Shown: positions 50,073 to 55,648 of the stretch, piece by piece
Position numbering within the stretch: the first letter of the stretch is position 1
Layout of the letters: every line of letters starts with the position of its first letter
Source: Geosiphon pyriformis uo1
Taxonomy: Eukaryota; Fungi; Glomeromycota
DNA: 55,648 bases
Assembly: GCA_016748015.1 (NCBI GenBank)
Contig: JAAOMT010000737.1
Coordinates: forward strand, 2,860 to 58,507
Reading direction: 5' to 3'
Notes under the pieces: model-generated
Told to the model about the DNA's origin: nothing
Database searches by the model: none
The model's input: only the letters and a program-made list of their open reading frames with translations
Position numbers and translations under genes: made by a program

Positions 50073-50948
50073 GCAAAAGCAATTCAAAGAACAGATACAA
50101 AATCTATAGCCAAATTTATTTACCAAGTCCTAATTTGTTGACATGAATGTCCAAAAAAATTGTTATCAGATCAAAGAACTCATTTTGTAAACAGAACACT
50201 AATAGAATTAAGCCAAAGATTTAAAATCAAAAAATCATTATTATTACTATATTATCTACAAACAAATAGTTTAGTAGAAAGATTCAACAAAACATTGTGT
50301 AAAACAATAGCCAAAATCAGTTAAAAAAACCAAGATGAATGGAATTTGTTTATATTATCAGTACTATTTGCTTATTAAACAATAAAACAAGATATTACAC
50401 AAGCAACACAATTTAAACTTGTTTATAATAAAACAGCAATATTACCAGTTGAGATAGAAGTTAATACATATTTAACTGAACCAATAAACAAAGCCAATTT
50501 TCAAAAAACATTGCTAAGAAGAATGTACAAACTAATAAAACCATTAGAAAACAAAAGACAAAGAGCAGCTGATAACATTTAAAGATTACAAAAAAAACGA
50601 CATAATAAACAATTACCAGATAAACCAATTGAATTCAAAATTAGAGACAAAGTACTCTTATATTATACCAAAGTAGAAAAACAATAGAGTGGAAAATTTG
50701 ACCCCAAATGGAATAAACCATTTTACATAGAAAAAATTTTAGGAAATAGAGCTTATAAACTAAGATAAGACAACAAAATCTTAGCCAAAGCAGCACATAG
50801 TAATCAACTGAAACCATATTACAATACAGTATCATCATCAACCAGTAATATTCCACAACTAGAAGTACAATGAATACTAGTCCAATTAAATAAGATTTCA
50901 CGAGATCTGGAACCAATTATAATCATTGTTTCAAACATGTCAAGTTAA
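50073..50948 (+). pseudogene. B integrase, 3' part
   Basis: Resumes AKAIQR; LSDQRTHF, LVERFNKTLC; ends DLEPIIIIVSNMSS-stop. Confidence 0.88.
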
Positions 50949-51003
50949 TTAACCTAAAAGAGTATATAAAGACACAGAATATGTAACAAAAACAACAAAA
51001 AAA

Positions 51004-51636
51004 ATGGAAATACCAGATTATATTTACACCTTAGTTCAACAATTATTTCAGGTCTTAAATCAACAACAATTGAACATGAAAATCACCATTAACCACCAAA
51101 CAATCTGCTATTAAAACACCAAGCAAAAAAAAAGTACACCATATTAATAACCACAGAACCAACCAAAAAACTGATCAGATAAAATAGTAGAAAAAGTAAA
51201 AAACACTTTTAAGAAAATACCCATTATGGTTCCAACAAAAGAACTTTCAAAAAAAAATTGTGAACAGTAGATAAAACAACTTCTAATACCATACTGCTAC
51301 TATTAGTTGGGACAAAAGTTGAATATTCAGAAATTATATCTTAATAAAACCAAAAAAATATTTAATCAAGAGATAATATGAAATATTGAAGACATTATTA
51401 AAAAGAAAACAAATCTGACACTACACATTAGAACAATCTATTGATTATAAACAATATTTTAAAACTACTCAAAAATATTGCTACACTCCAACATAGAGAC
51501 AATAACCATTAACCAATAGGGAAGAATAAACAATTCACAAATTGAAGATATAAGAACCAAAATTGAACAAACAATATTAGAAAGAAAAACTATAGAAATA
51601 ATTTAAAATAAATATTTTGATAGAGCTTAATATTAA
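51004..51636 (+). pseudogene. B ORF3 (about 211 codons, decayed)
   Basis: MEIPDYIYTLVQQLFQ...CYY*LGQKLNIQKLY...FDRA*Y-stop; homologous to ORF3 of C and E. Confidence 0.72.
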
Positions 51637-51649
51637 AAAGAGGAGATAA

Positions 51650-52435
51650 TATTACTCATAGAAAAAAACATACAAGAAAATAGTAAAAAAAATAGATAAA
51701 TCAATAAAAAAATAGTAGTTAACATGTAAGCATATTACTCAGCAATGTAAGCATTGTTTAAAAAATTATAGCACATTGCTCAAGAATGTGAGTGATCTCA
51801 TAAAACTCAAATTATGTATATATAGCAAGAGCATTAGAAGCAGAAAAGACAGAATTTCCAACTAAAATTAATATTAAGATCAAGTAAAAACATCTTAATT
51901 AGAATTATTAATATCAATAAATAATTATTTACTATTTAAATTATTCTCTCTACTATCCACATTTTATGTTAATAGTCTTTGATATTTAATCATACTGGAT
52001 CAATAGCTTTTGATTATAGCTATTGACAAAATACTAACTCTTTATTGTCTTGGCTTATTTTTTTATTTTTTTTATTTTTTTATTTTTTTTTATTTTTTTT
52101 TGTTTTATTTACTAATTAATTAAAGATTAATACATGAAGTTATTAACATCAAAGTAACTGGTAAAAGACCTAAGAATAAGAATAAAACACTCAAGAATTG
52201 AAGATGATTTACTAAGAGAATTATTGGCCATTATGCTAAGAAAAAAATTTGACAGAATTGCAATTCTGGAAAGTGATAGATAAAACAACATTTGAATCTC
52301 TGTCTATTATACAAAAAACTCAACCAAAACCTTCAGACAACCAAAACTTTTATATAATACCAATTATATTAAGCTATTGAGCACCAAGTTACAGATTTGT
52401 TATTTGATTCAAGATCCCAAATATTATCTGTAATA
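51650..52435 (+). repeat. B 3' LTR (786 bp)
   Basis: Follows PPT AAAAAGAGGAGA-TAA; matches 9525-10290. Confidence 0.92.
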
Positions 52436-53081
52436 TTGTATATATTAGCCATTAATGTCATATAATTAGCCACCCTATTTTTAGATAGTAATCATTGATC
52501 TGATCAATAACATGATTGTTGACCTGATTATTGATCTGATTATTGACTACTTTTAATAGCTATATAAGCAATAAAACTCTTAGCTATAGAAAAACATATT
52601 AAAAATCAAGAAAATCAAATAAATAAAATAACAACTTTTATCTCAATTCTTCTCTTATTGCTAATTTTTCTTTTCTTATCTTTAAATATCTGAATATCTT
52701 GAAATAAAAGATTATTTGTTGGTTATTTTCTACCTTTGTCTTGAAATGTATAATTATAGTATTTGAAGATTATTGAATAAAACATGACTAAAAAATACAT
52801 CTGATATCTGATATTAAATTCTAAGAGCACTAACATAAAACATAAAATTATATTAGTATGTAATTATTTGTTAATAGTATGTACTATTTTTTTACTTTTA
52901 GATTCTTCAGTTATCTTTTGAAAAGTATAGTAACTGAGATATTTTATGAGACTGATCTCATACATTGAATCCATACTCATTCAATTTACTCTTTGAAGTT
53001 AAATTTTTTTTGATTCTTTTTATCACCCTATAATTTTGTTCTATCTTGTTATTCATTAGCTTGTTACTTTAATCCATAACA
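52436..53081 (+). repeat. Element A 3' LTR, right piece
   Basis: Colinear with 2568-3189; ends CCATAACA followed by TSD ATAG. Confidence 0.92.
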
Positions 53082-54479
53082 ATAGTAAATAATATTAAAA
53101 AAAATCAAATCATAAGTGAAAGAATCAAGCAATTTTTAAAAAAATATTAGTACTTATTCTAATAATTTTTATGTTTTTTTATTATAATTTCAAGAAACAA
53201 GATAATATTTTTTATTATTTGTACTTTTTAATATTATTTTGTATTAATTTTATATTTTTTAATAAGATAATAATAACCAAAACAATATATTATATAATAT
53301 TACTAACTTATCTGTTGGCTATTATAAAATACACCAAATTGCTTATAATTAATATATTAATAATACCAAAGTAATGCAAAAAAATGCTGTATAAAATGCA
53401 AAACAGAAAATATCTTATAAGATTAAAAATTTTATGTAAATTAGAATTCTAAAGATTGATTATTTAGATATTANNNNNNNNNNNNNNNNNNNNNNNNNNN
53501 NNNNNNNNNNNNNNNNNNNNNNNNNNNNNNNNNNNNNNNNNNNNNNNNNNNNNNNNNNNNNNNNNNNNNNNNNNNNNNNNNNNNNNNNNNNNNNNNNNNN
53601 NNNNNNNNNNNNNNNNNNNNNNNNNNNNNNNNNNNNNNNNNNNNNNNNNNNNNNNNNNNNNNNNNNNNNNNNNNNNNNNNNNNNNNNNNNNNNNNNNNNN
53701 NNNNNNNNNNNNNNNNNNNNNNNNNNNNNNNNNNNNNNNNNNNNNNNNNNNNNNNNNNNNNNNNNNNNNNNNNNNNNNNNNNNNNNNNNNNNNNNNNNNN
53801 NNNNNNNNNNNNNNNNNNNNNNNNNNNNNNNNNNNNNNNNNNNNNNNNNNNNNNNNNNNNNNNNNNNNNNNNNNNNNNNNNNNNNNNNNNNNNNNNNNNN
53901 NNNNNNNNNNNNNNNNNNNNNNNNNNNNNNNNNNNNNNNNNNNNNNNNNNNNNNNNNNNNNNNNNNNNNNNNNNNNNNNNNNNNNNNNNNNNNNNNNNNN
54001 NNNNNNNNNNNNNNNNNNNNNNNNNNNNNNNNNNNNNNNNNNNNNNNNNNNNNNNNNNNNNNNNNNNNNNNNNNNNNNNNNNNNNNNNNATTATAATTAA
54101 AATTCGTAATAATTAAAAATTAATAAACCCAGTTCTCTGCAAGGTTTGTGAAAATTTCATTATACCAATTTATTTTTTGCACCAAAATAGGATGACAAAT
54201 ATGGATATCAACATTCTAAGCCTTATTTGTCTTTTTTCATTTCATAAAAAAATTAGCTATTATTATTATTATTATTATGGTAATCAAAGATAAATCCTCA
54301 AAATTAGATTCTTCAAGTTGAATTATTTTAATGTTTATCTTTAATATGTAAATTAAATGAAAAAAGCAAAAAATATATATATTGTATATATCTTAATTGA
54401 TAAAATTAATTTTGAGAAAAAAATGAAATAGAACTTTTCATTTTTACCCTGAAAATTAGTTTAGTTTGATTTAATTTAG

Positions 54480-54692
54480 GCTCTGGCGAAGGGGTTCGTG
54501 TTTCGGGAGTGGTATCTGGAAGCCCTTAGGGTGTTCAAATCTGTCAAACTTAGTGCTGCTAAAATTGTGGTTTTCGTGCGTTCCTTTCTGCTCATGCACC
54601 GAGATAGAGTCTGGTTACCGATGTCACGTTTCAGAGCTGAGTGTGACAAATCGGGTTTCAATTCTGTAGTGGATGCTGATTCTGTTAGCTGA
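54480..54692 (+). mobile_element. Probable 5'-truncated LINE ORF2 C-terminal fragment
   Basis: Frame ALAKGFVFREWYLEALRVF...IVVFVRSF...RDRVWLPMSRFRAECDKSG resembles, from memory, the KGFV..W / IW..R tail of fungal non-LTR ORF2 proteins. It is a GC/CpG-rich island with an abrupt start in AT-rich DNA. Confidence 0.45.
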
Positions 54693-55648
54693 CGACATGG
54701 TTTGGTTTTGGGCACCTGAGTTATTTTGGCTTGTTTTCGGCTCCTAAAAATTTTTTCTAGTGTTTCGGTATTATGGGATCGCGTTGCACGCGTTTTGTAT
54801 GGGTCCGAGAGGTTATTGTATAGTGCTTAGTGGTGTCTTGACGTAAGTCCGGGTGGCTGGTCACGTGCAGAAAGTGCAGGATCCACGCCTATTGTTTAAC
54901 ACGTGTGTGTTTTGCGTGAGTAGGTAGTGGAAGGACCTCACTTTGTTAAAGCATTAATTTAATTTAATGTGGAAACTAGTAAAAATTTAATATATTGAAA
55001 AATTATCTTTAATAAAAGAGTGCTTGTTTGATAAAGCATATAATATGGTGGGCTTAGAAAAGGTGTTCAATCATATATAATTTTATTTCAATAAAGAAAT
55101 TAGGAATATGTAGAGTAAAGAGAACTTATGTTTAATGTATAGCCCCTTTATTTTTTAAAATATGTAACCTAATTATTGATAATTGTACTAAAGTTTGAAT
55201 ATAATCAAAAGAATAAGATTCCAAAATATTAGGATGGTCTAAATATATCAAAAAATCAAAATCTAAAATGTAAAGAAAGGCTTTTAAAAAGGTAACGATG
55301 ATTTTTTTTAAAGTTCTGCATGTTCCACATCGGTAATAACTTGCTTAACAATATTTTTTGGCATGAACTCTAAAGTGCTATCAATTGATTGGATTACAAG
55401 TTTGTTTCCTTTTCGGAGGACTTGTTTTAATCGTAAACGTGACTATCGACGTAAAAGTAGCCTTTTCTCTCACAGCGATTCTTTGTTTCTAGACTCTGTT
55501 TTTGGATCGGATGGTGACTGATTTAAGAATCGAAGCTTCTATTTACAAGTTCGAGGATATCTGATTTATACATTGATGGGGATTGCCTCCAACCCCACTA
55601 AACTTTCTATCATTAAGATTTAGCTTTGAGATTGATAAAGATGATGAA

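Larger units (their letters stand above)
9525..52435 (+). mobile_element. Ty3/gypsy element B (dUTPase-bearing), inserted in the 3' LTR of A
   Basis: Paired LTRs at 9525-10290 and 51650-52435; flanks TTAC / TTGT fit a decayed 4-bp TSD; the A LTR resumes exactly after 52435. Confidence 0.92.
2534..53081 (+). mobile_element. Ty3/gypsy LTR retrotransposon A (outermost; no dUTPase); its 3' LTR is split by element B
   Basis: TGTTATGG at 2534 and CCATAACA ending at 53081; perfect TSD ATAG at 2530-2533 and 53082-53085; domain order Gag-PR-RT-RH-IN. Confidence 0.93.

Noticed and set aside
53171-53374. 67-aa hydrophobic ORF
   Set aside because: It comes from very AT-rich, low-complexity flank and is enriched in F/I/Y/N/K.
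55290-55648. Moderately complex CpG-containing terminal segment as a host exon
   Set aside because: There is no ORF of 60 aa or more and no recognisable motif, and the segment is cut by the window edge.

Overview
Eukaryotic, AT-rich, repeat-saturated window with no recognisable host gene. From memory of similar proteins it is probably a Glomeromycotina fungus, which I have not verified. About 51 kb is one nest of Ty3/gypsy LTR retrotransposons, reconstructed from TG...CA termini, 4-bp target-site duplications (TSDs) and reading frames that resume across insertions. A minisatellite (about 660-2533) contains a solo LTR (C0, 816-1726) and element A (2534-53081, +). B (9525-52435, +) sits in the 3' LTR of A. 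C1 (11424-34619, -) sits in the gag of B and E (40096-50072, +) in the integrase of B. Truncated D (16292-30911, -) sits in C1, and the youngest, CpG-rich C2 (16981-24707, -, gapped and partly scrambled in the assembly) sits in the RT of D. All copies except C2 are heavily decayed by C>T/G>A transitions. The elements share an unusual layout: one Gag-PR-(Cys-rich domain-dUTPase-spacer)-RT-RNaseH frame that stops after RNaseH, a separate integrase ORF with its own start that ends in a P-x-[VI]-x-I peptide instead of a chromodomain, and an unknown ~210-225-codon ORF3 before the PPT. In B, C1, D and E, Gag appears to start at a conserved GTG about 300 codons upstream of, and in frame with, the capsid ATG. 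A probable LINE ORF2 fragment lies at about 54480-54692.
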